From assembly GCA_012295275.1 (NCBI GenBank), contig CM022679.1, forward strand, positions 13,578,001 through 13,642,000: a DNA stretch of 64,000 nucleotides, read 5' to 3'. Origin of the DNA: Chrysomallon squamiferum (lineage: Eukaryota; Animalia; Mollusca). The notes beneath the pieces are model-generated. The model worked only from the letters and a program-made list of their open reading frames with translations, had not been told where the DNA came from and ran no database searches. Numbering within the stretch: position 1 is the stretch's first letter; the number at the start of each line of letters is the position of its first letter. Both the position numbers and the translations under genes were made by a program. This document shows, piece by piece, positions 40,845 to 55,028 of the stretch.

Positions 40845-40961
40845 CTCCTTTAAATGGAACAAGGCCACATTTAGAAATTTCCCTGAGACACTTCAGTTCC
40901 ATACATCCTTTCTTGGATGTTTTTCCTACTTCAATACAGTGTCCATAACCATCACTGCAAG
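40845..40961 (-). CDS. Symmetric phase-1 exon encoding a Cys-rich module (only intact copy of four)
   Basis: Acceptor ttgttctatcag, donor GAG|gtgggt, 117 nt open. CSDGYGHCIEVGKTSKKGCMELKCLREISKCGLVPFKG. Confidence 0.55.
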
Positions 40962-43900
40962 CTGATAGAACAACAGTAGAATTAACTTAGTATTAACATA
41001 TTTGATTATTGTAGACATATCAGTTTTGTTTGTGCTATATGTGTAATTATTATAGATATATTAATATTTTGTTTTGAAGTGTTTGCCTTTATTGATATGT
41101 AATGTATGCTTCAGTAATAATTATGTCGAAGGTTCACTGTAAGAGTGTACATGAATTCATTCCAAACATAGAAGGAATTCTTCTTAGGATCCAAATGTCT
41201 TATTATTGATATAAATGTTATTATGTCAGCATGTTTTTAGCATTTATAAAATGATAGCCAGAAACAAATGCTAAGTAATTTAAAGCAGGAATTCTTAGAC
41301 TTTTCTTTCACAACTCCTTTTCAAATAATTTTGAATGCCGGTGTCAAACAATATTTGTTCCCCCAAAACAGTTATTCCACTTGGAAAGAATGTTTGTATT
41401 CCCCTTATGAATATTTGTTTCCCCACACCTTTATTATTTTTTCAAGTATAGTTCTGAATTCTATTTGTTGTAATTACTCTATACTGTGGGTAGCAATTAA
41501 AACTGACTAAACACCACTGCAAATAGAAATTCATACAAATACAATTATAATTGTAGATGTGTGAAGAAATAACTGGGGGATACTTTTGTCTGGGTACTTG
41601 ATCACTACTCCCATCTTGAAAATAGGGATTTTCCTTTTTTAAAATGAAGGTGAAAACATTCATCCCTAAATCCATTGATCATTTTTTATTATCGATAACC
41701 CTATTGCAGGCCTATGAATGAGATCGCAAATATTCTTTTACACCGGCACCATCTAAATTAAGTTTTGTACGATGATATCATCAGATACCAGTGAAACAGA
41801 CAAGATTAAATCCTCACCAGACTATTCTTGCATCTGCCCTATGGTGTAAAATAGCTCTTTATATTCCGAGGAATATTGTGGCTTACAGATTAATTTATTT
41901 TATTTTATTTCATTTATTCATTCATTTAAGCTTGTGCTTATTGTTCTTTAGTTTTGGCTTTAGTAGTGTAAGATGCCAGATAAAAAAGAATCTATTTTTA
42001 TAACTACTTTTCATTTGATTTTATTACCTTGATATATGTTTGCTTCGATATCATGTTTTTATATGAGACCGCTTGCTTAATGTAATAGATTATTGTGAAG
42101 AAAAAATGCCATATTAATAACATTTACAAACTTCAAAAGATAAAGAAACTTAATCAGCAAGATGATATCACCATTTAATACAGAGTATTTAATATACGAT
42201 ATTTAGGGAGGTTACAAGTATGATTTTTTACTGTTATTCAAGATAATGTGTCTAAGTTATTTGTTTAAGATTGTTTTATAATGTACATGAATACTGAGTG
42301 TCCGTAGCACAATTATTTAGTTAATGAACCAAATATGCAAATTTACATATCTAAACAATGTCGAATACCAATGGTAAAATATATAAACAAAGGTAAATAC
42401 AATACAAAACGAAAATAATGACACTCACATTATTATGTACATGTTCTAATAGAACTAATATACTACTGTTGTTCTAGATAAAATGTCTGACTTATTTAGC
42501 ATAAGATTAATTTGTAACTAATTTATGCAGAATTAAAAAACAAATAATAGAGAATACAAAAATTTCACTGTCATAATAGTGTAACAAATCATACCAAAAA
42601 AAGCAAACATTTGTTTTCTTCTTCTTCTTTACAAGCTACAGATCACTAGATTATTATTATTTTCGATATGTAACGTTTGCTTCAGTAATAATTACGTCGA
42701 GGGTTGACTGCAAGGGTGTTCATGAATTCATTCCAAACATGGAGAGAGATCTTTTTGGGATGCGAATGAGATTATTACTGATTTTTATGTTATTATGTCC
42801 GTTAGTTTTTAGCTTTTATAAAATGATAGCCAGAAAGAAATGGTAAGTAATTTAGGTAAGGAATTATTAGCCCTTTTTTCACAGGTCCTTTTCAAAAATG
42901 TTTGATGCCGGTGTCAGAGAATATTTATTCCCCAAAAAGATTTATTCCACCCTTGAACGAATGTTTGTTTTCCCTAAGAACAAATATATGGAAATATTTG
43001 TTCCCCTTACGAATATTTGTTGCAACACACCGTTATTAATTTTTCAAGTATACTTCTGACTAAACACCACATTTAAAATTGCTGAGGTGTGAAGAAATAA
43101 CTGGGGGATACATTTCTCTGGGTACTTGATCACGACTCTCATCTTTTAAAATTAAGGTGAAAACATTCATCCCTCAATCCATTTATCATTGATAATTTTT
43201 TATTATCGGTAATCCTATTTCAGGCCTATGAAGGTCCTCTTTTAGAAACTTGTTGCATTTCTGCCTCAGTCTTTTAATTTAAATGTGTTACAAGAACTGT
43301 GTCAAAATGTCAGGACCCAAGTCACTTGTTTGAACCTGATTATGACGGTGAGAATTAACAAACTCCTGTTCTTTATGACCTGGGGGAACAAATATTATTT
43401 TACACCGGCACCATCTAAATCAAGTTTGTATGATGATATCATCAGATACCAGTCAAACAGACGAGATTAAATCCTCGCCAGACTATTCTTGGTCTACCCC
43501 ATGGTGTAAAATAGCTCTTTATATTCTGGGGAATATTTTGGCTTACAGATTATACGCTCTTGTGTTACTCATAAGTTGGTCCCTATTTAAATGTCCATTA
43601 TACTCAAAGAAGATAACGTGAACGACATGATACAGTCAGTTTAGGCCACACACAATTCACATTACATCTTGAGAACGACTCGGATCACTTCAGTGTTGTA
43701 ACAAACATATTACAACACTAACAAGCGTTTAGATATAATTATAAGTTTTGTTAGATCATTTATCAATAAACAAGAAAATGGTTTAGATCATTTATTTGCC
43801 AAATCAGCATATCCGTTTGCAGTTTGTATTGAATGAAAAGGTCAGTAAAACAAAACAAAAATAATACATGTAAATGTTCGGATGTTTACAAAAAATGTAT

Positions 43901-45266
43901 GTCTGATCCATACTGTGTTATAGTTTGTAACATAATTTTAATTCTTGAGGTGTAAAAAGATCTTGAACTTTCAGAATATTTAGTGTTTTTATAAACTGGT
44001 TCTGTGGGAGCAGCCAGAATATATTCTAGGCATAAACAGTCTATCACACTTTAACTCCGGGGATAGTTTGGACAGAGGGTATGCATGAGCTGTTAGACGG
44101 CTAAAGTACACGAAAAAAACAAAAACAGCTGCATCTAATACCATGCTATATTACGGGCTATATATGAAATCTCATTACTTAAGTTTGTACTTGTGATATT
44201 TAATACTTCCTTTGTTGTATAGTTTATGGGTTTTTTTTATTGTATTGTTTAGTGTTGTTACAATTGCTATTCTAGTAGTATAGTATTGTGATGTTACAGT
44301 TATATATATAATACTGTGATATTGTTCATGTTTGCTTTAGTGTTTGTCAGCGTTGTTTTTCTAATAATAATAAATAATAGTTTTGTTATTATTGCTGTTG
44401 TTATTTTTTTTTATTATTATTATTATTTGTTATTGTTGTTATTGGACCATGTTTAGCATAGCGTTTAGCGCTTAACCCTTTAACTCCTAGTAGTTAAACA
44501 TAATAAACTACCATCGTTCACTTAGAACTAATAATTTAAAAATAGAGGTGGGTACCAATCCACTTTATTTCCACCGAACTGTCAAGACGAGATTACTTGT
44601 CCTAGTTTTACTGTCATGGATTGTGACACAATTACACAGTATTAAAAAAACAGTCGATCACACCACAGTATTAGACATTTAAATGTTACCGTTCGACCAT
44701 CGAGACAACCTTAAACAGGTTGCTCAGTAACAGAGGGTAATCATCGCTTCCCTCGAAGCACACCGTTCTTTTTGTCTTTCGTCATTTTTGCGTGCATCTA
44801 TTTTTTGTGGGAAACCTGGCAGCGGCAAGTGTGTAGTTTAGAATTCTGAATATTCTCTGTCTTATTTATGTACGTCTGATTAGACAGTTAGTTACCTTTA
44901 AGAATGGTAATCACTTTGAACGAGACGGAGCCGGTTGTTTTGTCTGCATGACGTACACACTGCTTGGTAAAGCAAGCCTCACCGTGTTTCTCCGCCCATG
45001 CATCTCTCCACTGTTGTTTGCCTCAGTTTCACAAGCTGAAGATACATTTTATAAATATCATGGTTTAACATCATCAACGCTACCATCCTAAGTTTGCAGC
45101 CGCCGGCTCCGCTAACGCCATAATCATAACTGTCAAGGATAATTTTGTTTTCTTTTTTTCTGGCATTATTTTTGTTGATAATTATCATCATCATGATTAT
45201 TGTGTAATTAGTTGTTTCATCATCTTTATGGTTAGTATTTCAGTTAGTTACAAAAGAATGAATGAA

Positions 45267-45269
<3 letters not shown>

Positions 45270-45352
<83 letters not shown>
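45270..45352. repeat. Inverted (AAT)n/(ATT)n microsatellite
   Basis: (AAT) run directly abutting an (ATT) run. Confidence 0.9.
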
Positions 45353-45357
<5 letters not shown>

Positions 45358-45387
45358 ATGGTAAGAAAACAATATGCAAAATTTTAC

Positions 45388-45560
45388 CTTTTTAATTTGC
45401 TTAATCTTGCTTCTTCATTCTGTATGTATAATCTAAGTGCATAGGCGAGATCCTTTTCTGCGTGCAGTGCTTCCTCGAGCTGTGCCATGGATGTAAATAT
45501 TTCAGCCACAGTCAACGGTGCCACGCAGGCAAACACCAAAATTATATTAAATATGCCCAT
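45388..45560 (-). CDS. P4HA: Orphan first coding exon of prolyl 4-hydroxylase alpha subunit
   Basis: MGIFNIILVFACVAPLTVA-EIFTSMAQLEEALHAEKDLAYALRLYIQNEEARLSKLK: signal peptide plus P4Ha_N pattern (ExFTS...L..YI..EE.RL..LK); donor AG|gtaaaa. No downstream exons found. Confidence 0.8.
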
Positions 45561-46399
45561 TGTTTTAAAATAAAATGAAAATAAAAACTGTTTTAATCAT
45601 ATAAGGTTACGTAAATTGTTGGGTTTTTTTGGCGATGGAACTAAATAAATGCTATACAAAATTTTGCATTTAACTTGTATAATGTTTTCGAGCAAAAACC
45701 ACCCCCGAAATATAAACGACTGAATCAGATTGCTTTTGTGGATAAAATGTCACGAAGCAAACCATCCCTGTACCAAACGAACATTCTGGAAAAACCACTT
45801 CCACGTCGACCGAAATTCTTGAAGATGTCTTTTTGTTTACGAATTAATACATATATGAGTTGTTCCCCTTGGTTTTCATACCAGAGAATAAAATACTTTT
45901 TATGCTTTAAATAAATTTTGAGTTGTTTCCCTTGACCAGAATCATTTTGGTTCAGCACTATTATTCAGGTTCACGCGAACGCCGGCTTCAGCACGTCGAC
46001 AAAACGAATATAAAATTTAAAAAGCTTCGCGCAAGCAGCTAAATTGTAATGATAATTTTATCATGATGATTAATTTCAAAACGATTGAAAAATATATATT
46101 ACGATCATAAAATAATTACCATAACTATTTCTGAAATATTTCAAGCGATTATGTTATATAATCAGCGGTCGAATGTCGAATAAATACAATGTGGAAGTAA
46201 CACTATAATAACAATAGTAAACAAAATTAGATATTAATCACCTTTTTCTTACACTTCCATATACATATTTGAAAACACATACATACATACATACATATTT
46301 GTTTTTTGTTTTATATAGCCCAAGCTTTTTAAAATATATGCAGAAAAATATACGTTTTATTATTATTTTATTTATATATATATATATACACACACACAT

Positions 46400-46430
<31 letters not shown>

Positions 46431-48284
46431 TAAATCAAGTTAGAAGTCAAGTCCTAATATTTGTAACATTTTCTATATTTAAAAAATAAAAAATATATAT
46501 ATAAAATAATAATAAATAAATAATAATAAAAAAAACAATGATAAAAATAAATAAATAAAAAGTGTATTTTAGAAATATAAATTGTACTGAAGATAATAAA
46601 TAAACTGGTCGCTTATCTTTATCTTTAATAGTGTACTATTGTTTCTTTGTTTCTACTGTGCCTGCACCTACAGTTACATATATTACATATAAGTAGTCAA
46701 GGATAGCAAATGATAAAACAATACGGGATTACAGTATAGCTTATTTCCCAAAAGATCAACATTTTACAGTCCAACAAAATGGGAGACTGAATCAGCGAAT
46801 TTTGTCCCAGATTTCTGTCTTGTCAAGAGGAGCAGTCATATTTTCATTCAATTACATGATTTTGATTTTGATTTGATTTGATTTTATTTTATTTTATTTT
46901 TAAATCACATGAAAATGTTATCTCTCCCGAAGTTGTATTTGCGCACGCAATGACTGGCTTTTCTTTCTTTCTTTCTTCTTCTTCTTCTTCTTCTTCTTTT
47001 TCTTGCTGCTGTTGTTGTTTTTGTTGCTGTGTTTTATTTTTTTATTGTAACTTTCTGTAATATTATTTTAATTTAACAATTCCCGCTTGAACAATCGTTT
47101 CTTATCTTATGTTCCTGCACTGAATATCTTACAAAGTAATATCTCGACGCCGTTATTTTATAATTAACGAGAAACGGTAACAAAAATAAGAAGGGTTTTT
47201 TAATGGTCCGTAATGTCTTTATTTTGTGTATTTTGCGATTAACTTGAAATACTTATAATATATAATCTAAAAAGTAATATAAAAGAGTAATATAAATAAA
47301 TACATAAAATATAGCTGTAATAGCAATAATAATAATAATTAACATCTATTTAAAAATGAATAATAATAATAAAAATAATTTCCGGTGTGGATTTATTTTT
47401 AACGTGGAACTATTTATATCGCGACACCGTAGAGGGTGTGTTCAAGTACTGCTCGGAATACTTTTCAGTTTAAGTTCTGGCTTTTCTTTTCTTTCTCTTT
47501 CATTCTTTCTTTCTTTCTTATTTATTTCTTTATTGTTTTTTTAATGTAACTTTTTGTAAATTTGTTTAGATGTTTATTATTATTAATGTTATTATTGCAA
47601 TATTTTATTTATTTACATTAAATTTTTTTACCTAAAATCACCATTTACTTATGATCATGCACAGAATATCTTTCAAAATAATATCTCTATGCCAGTATTT
47701 TATAATCAGTGAGAGACGGTAAAAAAAAAAGTAAAATAAAAATAAAAATAATAAAAAAATGAATAAATAAAAATAAAAATAAAATGGTTTTTGAATGGTT
47801 CATAACGTCTTTATTTTATGTACTTTGTGATTATCTTGAAATACTTATAATATATATATAATTAAAAAAGTAAATAAAATATAGCAATAATAATAATAAT
47901 AATTAACATCTATTAAAAAAAATAAAATAATTTTTATTATTATTATTTTTTTATATATATATATATATTTCCGGTATGGACTGATTTTTATTTTTATTTT
48001 AAATCATAAGAAAATGCACATATGTGAAATCAATGTTATCTGTATTTGCAGACGCACTAACTGGCTTGGAAATTCCGGAACTATTTATATCTCCTTCGAC
48101 GACAGATAATTCTGAACAAGCCGTAATTTCCGTCTCGAAACCTTCCTGTTGAGGAAATATTCAAATATTCCTCGGAATACTCTTCAGTTTAACTGATTCT
48201 TTGAGTCGAAAGTGAACACTAAAAGAAATAATTACAGAAAAGCAATTAAGTACACAACCAAGTAAGTCAAATTGCTTTTTTTTT

Positions 48285-48322
<38 letters not shown>

Positions 48323-49452
48323 GTCTTACAAAACTTCCCGTTTGAAACCTTGCCTCTACATACTACTAAAAGTTATTCTGTGTTCAACTATACGATCGCT
48401 GCAGACCTCTCTCAATCCAATTTGCATCAAGGTAACAATAAATATTACAATTCACCCATAACTGTACCCAACCTAGACTACATTTTTCTTCTGTTCCTTT
48501 TTCTTAACATATACCGTATGAAATTTGTTTAATTTGGTTTTCTCTGTATACTGTTCTTAGATTATTATATTACCGTATTAAATAGATGTTATGTGTTCTC
48601 TAGTTTAATGTTTTGGTAAATTTGAGGGTTAATATTCAGATTCATGATTTCCCAGACTTTTGTATTAACTCTATTGCTCTACGGAATCGAGTGTCACCTG
48701 TAAATTATTAAAAATATTGTATAGAATTAATTACCTGCATACTGTCTGTATAATGTGTCTACGAATTATGAACGTTGTGAGAATATCTAAGGTAAATAAT
48801 GACATGGCAAAATAACGTTTTGTATATTTTCGAAAGAACTTTAAAAAATAGAAAAACTAAATAAAAGAAAAAGAAAAATACAAATACAAATACAAAAAAA
48901 AAAAAAAATAATAAAACAGTAAATAAATAAATAAATTAAATAAACAATAATAAAATATGTAAATAAAAAATATCTTTTATAAATATAAATTATACTGAAT
49001 ATATTAAATAAATAAATTGGTCGCTTATCTTGATCTTTAATAGTGTACTGATTCTTTGTAATCTCTTATTTCGTACAATTATGTATGGGGTCACCTCACT
49101 GTGCCCGAACCAATTGTTATATATTACTGAGGCAGTCAAGGATAGCAAATGATAAAACAGTAGGGGATTACAGTATAGTTTATTTTCCAAAAGACCAACA
49201 GTGGATTAACATTTTACAGTCCAACAAAATGGGAGATAAAATCAGCATATTCTGTTGCAGATTAATGCCATGTGAAGAGGAACATTTGCTGTAGGCGTAT
49301 GTCAGACTGCGGGCACAGTGAGGTTAAACCTCTAACAACACAAGTGTTAACTATTAAAGCGTATCTGTGGGTCTGATAAATGGTCTGATAAAATTCTTTA
49401 TACTTAGATTAATGTTTTGATAGGCGAACGGTCTTTCATACCAAAGTTTAAC

Positions 49453-49553
<101 letters not shown>

Positions 49554-50265
49554 AATGAAACTAATAATAATTATCCTTCGATCAACTTTTTACGATGTGA
49601 GAATAAGGAAACATTTGTCAGTGTCAGTCCTTGTTTGCGAATCAACCTGTAAGTTTATTATTAGTTCACCCAATGCTCCACTAGGTGCGTATCTAGAATT
49701 TGAAGGAGATACATTTATCTTTGATATGAGATTTCTGGCAAATTTTTACTTCCCAGTTATATTATTAAATATTTAATATACATTACAAAAATAATCTTAC
49801 TTTGAAGGATTGTTATAGAAATATTAATTTATTCAAAGCAAATAAAATTTGTATCACTAGATCTCTTATATTATTTTTTCCCCCACCATTTGTAAACATC
49901 CTTTACAAGAGCTTTGTATATACCTACAGAAATTGATGAAACTGAACATATACTAAATGAGCGGATAACGGAGAACCTGTTTCAAGTTATTATTAACTTA
50001 TTGTTTTGGGCAGATTATAATTTCTATAAACTACATGTAAAGGAAATCATTAATTAATAAACTAAAAAGACAAAACAACAACAACAACAACAACAACAGA
50101 AGAATAAGAGTAATAATGTTTAAAATAAAAAAAAATAAATAATGCAAGTGATGATGGTAGTAGCATCAGTAATAATAGTGGTAGTGGTAGTTATAGTAGT
50201 AGCAATAGTAGTAAGGAGGAATTTCATCAACAAAACCTGAGAATTGTGAGCAAACAATTCAAATC

Positions 50266-50321
<56 letters not shown>

Positions 50322-50508
50322 AAAAGAAAACAACAACAACAGAAGAATAAGAGTAATAATATTTAAAATAAAAAATAAATAATGGAAATGATGATGGCAG
50401 TAACATCAGTAATAGTAGTGGTAGTGGTAGTGGTAGTAGTAGTAGCAACAGTAGTAATGAACTTCATCAACAAAAAATGAGAATTGTGAGCAAACAATTC
50501 AAATCTAT

Positions 50509-50540
<32 letters not shown>

Positions 50541-52722
50541 TTATCTATTTATCTATCTAACTATGAAAAAGCAGTATTGCATGTTATACAGGAAAATCGG
50601 TGATACTATAGTATGTCAACCCTCCCATAACTTTGTTAACGACATAACTATGTCTCTCCTCTAATTTCTATCCAGGCTCTATTTTAAAAACAGAAATGGA
50701 AAACCAAAATTTATGTATAGGACAGATTAATATATTCTGTTTTATAAACATATTTTTATTTTATTATTATTGTTACTATTGCAATATTTTATTTATTATA
50801 TAATATTTTTAATTTAACAATTTTGACATAAAACCATCATTTGTTAACTTATGCTGATGTACTGAATATCTTACAAAGTAATATCTATATGCCATTATTT
50901 TATAATTAAAGCAAAAAAATTCATTAATGGTTCGTAATGTTTCGTAATGTCTTTATTTTATGTACTTTGTGATTAACGCGACACGTGATTATTTTGTCTG
51001 AATAAAGCTGAACACACGTCATTTTCCGCTTGAAACTTTGCCTCTACGTACTACTAAGTTATTCTGTGTTCAACTATACGATCGCGGCAGCCCCCTAAAT
51101 TTTACAATTCACCCATAACTATACCCAACGTAGTCTACATTTTTATTTTTATTTTATTTTATTTTATTTTATTTTTATTTTAATTTATTTATTTTTTTAT
51201 ATTAAATCATATGAAAATGTAGATATGTGTAATCAATGTTATCTGTATTTGCAGACGCAGTGACTGGCTTTTCTTTTCTTTCTCTTTCATTCTTTCTTTC
51301 TTTCTTTCTTATTTATTTATTTATTAATTATTTTTTTATGTAACTTTTTGTAAATTTGTTTGGATGTTTATTATTATTACTGTTATTATTACAATATTTT
51401 ATTTATTTACATTAATTTTTTTTTTTACCTAAAATCATCATTCACTTATGATCATGAACAGAATATCTTACAAAATAATATCTCTATGCCAGTATTTTAT
51501 AATCAGTGAGAGAAGGAAAAAAAAAAAAAAATAATAATAATAAAAGAAAATAATGAATAAATAAAAATAAAAATAAAATGGTTTTTGAATGGTTCATAAC
51601 GTCTTTATTTTATGTACTTTGTGATTATCTTGAAATACTTATAATATATATATATATATATAATTAAAAAAGTAATATAAATAAATAAAATATAGCAATA
51701 ATAATAATAATAATAATTAACATCTATTTAAAAAATAAAAAATAAAAAATAAAATATTTATTATTTTTTTTTTTATATATATATCTATATATAATTTCCG
51801 GTCTGGATTGATTTTTTTTTTTTTTAAATCATAAGAAAATGTACATATGTGAAATCAATGTTATCTGTATTTGCAGACGCACTAACTGGCTTGGAAATTC
51901 CGAACTATTTATATCTCCTATGCGACAGATAAATCTGAACAAGCCGTAATTTCCGTCTCGAAACCTTGGCTCGACGTATACACTATTAAGTTATCCTGTT
52001 CAGGAAATATTCAAATATTCCTCGGAATACTCTTCAATTTAACTGATTCTTTCAGTCGAAAGTGAACATTAAAGAAAATCATTTCATAAAAGCAAATAAG
52101 TACACATCCAAGTAAGTCAAATTGCTTTTTTTTTTTTTTTTGTGTGTGTGTGTTTGTGTGTGCGTGTGTGTGTGTCTTACAAAACTTCCCGCTTGAAACC
52201 TTGCTTCTACGTACTATTAAGTTATTCTGTGTTCAACTATACGATCGCGGCAGCCCTCTCTCAATCCAATTTCCATCAAGGTAACAATAAATTTTACATA
52301 CCTCATAACTATACCCAACGTAGTCTACATTTTTCTTCTGTTCCTTTTTCTTAACATATACCGTATGAAATTTCTTTAACTTCTTTTTGTCTGTATAATG
52401 TTCTTATATTATTATATTTCCGTATTAAATAAATGTTATGTGTTCTTAAGTTTAATGTTTTGGTAAATTTGAGGGTTAATATTTAGATTCGCGATTTCCC
52501 AGACTTTTGTATTAACTCTATTGCTGTATGAAATCGAGTGTCACCTGTAAATTATTAAAAATATTGTATAGAATTAATTATCTGCATACTGTCTGTATAA
52601 CTAAAGCGATATAAGCGTTCAGTCGTATCACTTAAATCAGGGGAGAGAGGGTCAGACAGCTATGCAGTGTTTTGTAGGAGGACCAAGATATCAAATGTAT
52701 TACACACACACACATACACCCC

Positions 52723-52862
<140 letters not shown>

Positions 52863-53188
52863 GTATCTTCAGTAATATGATAAAATAATATGATAATTAT
52901 GAATAAACCATAATAAAACCACAATATCTAACGATGATGTTAGATCAGGATTGCCATCGGACCGGATAATTGGTGTTCAAGTGTTCAGTTGGTGGGCCTG
53001 ACTGAAATCCCCCGAGGCGCAAGTGTTGCCGACCCCTGTCTTAATTCATGTTTCCACACACCCATAATATTTCATTTTCCGCCGCCATATTCATTATCAT
53101 ATTGTGTTTTTATGTTGTTTTTTGTTTAGTTCAGTTGTTCACCAAGCGTTAATACTTCATTTGTTAGTAGGCATTATTCATAGGCACA

Positions 53189-53314
53189 ATGGTGAAGCGA
53201 TGTGCTTTGGGGACATGCAAATCGGATGAACGGTACGAAAGTCGACAACATCTGACATATATACCGTGTCCGAAGCTGAAAAACACGAGAAATATGCGGA
53301 CGACAACATTCTGA
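53189..53314 (+). pseudogene. Degenerate THAP-like N-terminus of a DNA-transposon ORF
   Basis: MVKRCALGTCKSDERYESRQHLTYIPCPKLK: M-x3-C-x4-C...[FY]xP[F]PK pattern, truncated. Confidence 0.55.
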
Positions 53315-53454
53315 AAAAAAAGAATGTCTTTTATAAACATGACCATATTTTCAAATAATAATAATAATAATAGACATAGCTGACATTTAGCTATATACGA
53401 ATTACCTAAATATGAATAATGTATATGCCCATACACAGCATTGAACAGAAGAAA

Positions 53455-53665
53455 AGAAGAAAGAAATGTTTTATTTCATGATACACTCAACACTTTTTAT
53501 TTACGGTTATGTCGTGTCGGACATACGGTTAAGAACCACACTATATTGAGAGAGAAACCCTCTGTTGCCACTGTTACTATTTTTGATTAGCAGTACCATC
53601 GCACAGATAGGGTGGTACATACCAATTATAGTGCACTGGTTGGACTAATGGATCCACAGACAGTG
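53455..53665 (-). mobile_element. SINE-like repeat, paralogue of 2823-3045
   Basis: Sequence identity with the first copy. Confidence 0.65.
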
Positions 53666-54217
53666 TTAAAAAAACGAAAAACAGTAATGTGTGTGTGTGT
53701 TGCATATGACCAAAATTGGTTTTGAGGTGAATTCAAACTAAACAGCTTGACGATTTATTGTAAAAGTTCAACTATTACAATTAGTCTTGAAAAAGACACG
53801 TGTGTCATTTGTTATCTTCTGGTTTGTTACTTTTCTTTTTCTTGTAATAAACCATGCTTCAATATCAGTTTAATACCAAAATACACTCATCCAGCTTTAC
53901 AGGAGCAGTTAGCCTCTGATAGCTGTTTTGTCACCAAGCAAACCTGAATATGTGGTTTGTGTGTCGAGTCGTTTTTCCGGAAATTTTTTATATCATTGAT
54001 GTAGCCTTGTCGTCGATGCAGATATAATGGACTGATAGCTACAGTTTGTTTGACAACATTAAAAAAAAATAATAAAAAAAAAAAAAATGAAGAAAATTAT
54101 TATTTAAGGCCAGATAGCAGAGACATAAATGGACATAACTGAAAAGTGTGAAGAATATATATATATAATACGTACATGTTTATGAGTGTATGTGTGTATA
54201 TACATATATATATGTTG

Positions 54218-54405
54218 TTTTGGATTTTGAATATTCTCTGTGAAATCTACGTCTGACTAGACTCTTCACAGACAACATTCGGGAACGCTGTGGCGCAGGA
54301 GGATAAAGTCCAGTCACGACTTCAAACCCTCGTCAGATGCCGCTGATGAGACTCGAACGTATGTCACCCTATCGCTCGCACTACCGTTCGGCCATCAAGA
54401 CCACC
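54218..54405 (-). mobile_element. tRNA-derived SINE (family 2), paralogue of 3646-3833
   Basis: A-box TGGCCGAACGG, B-box GTTCGAGTC. Confidence 0.7.
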
Positions 54406-54483
54406 TTTACATATGTGCGTGTGTATTTAAATAAATAAACACACACACACACAAACATACACACAAATATAAATATACAGGTA

Positions 54484-54767
54484 CCGAACCAATTATCCGG
54501 CGTCCTGAAATCCCGAAGGACCAGAAAATCGGAATTTTTTTTCCGACGCTACCTTTGTAGTTCGCGCGCGTTGACGTTCATTTCACTCGCCGCATTGTTT
54601 ACGTGTCGAGTCACCACAGTTGTGTATTGTCAATTTTCTTTATGTTTTTAATATTAAAATGTTTATGCCTAATTATTTACGTATTTAAATGCCTTGGTAC
54701 CAGAAAATCGGAAAATCCAGAAATTCCGGAAGGTATAGGCCCCAAGGACTTCGGATAATGGATCCGG
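54484..54767. mobile_element. Tc1/mariner-pogo type MITE
   Basis: TA|ccgaaccaattatccg ... cggataatggatccgg|TA; paralogous site 3892-3900 reads caggTActt. Confidence 0.8.
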
Positions 54768-54770
54768 TAC

Positions 54771-54846
<76 letters not shown>

Positions 54847-54875
54847 ATATATATATATGTATGTATGTATGTATA

Positions 54876-54911
<36 letters not shown>

Positions 54912-55028
54912 TGTATGTATGTATGTATGTATGTATGTATGTTTTTGTAACCAAATACACTGTTTGTATGGAATTTAGAGAAATAATAACAGTTCAGTTT
55001 TATTTTCAGAAATAATCAATATGACAAT

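Noticed and set aside
44979-45194. Minus-strand ORF with a possible gtgag donor as P4HA exon 2
   Set aside because: Lacks the expected NPxNA...KR...W motif in any frame I could read.
49560-50010. Unique insert with an open frame and gtaagt
   Set aside because: No recognisable protein or termini; the ORF begins in AAT/poly-A repeats.
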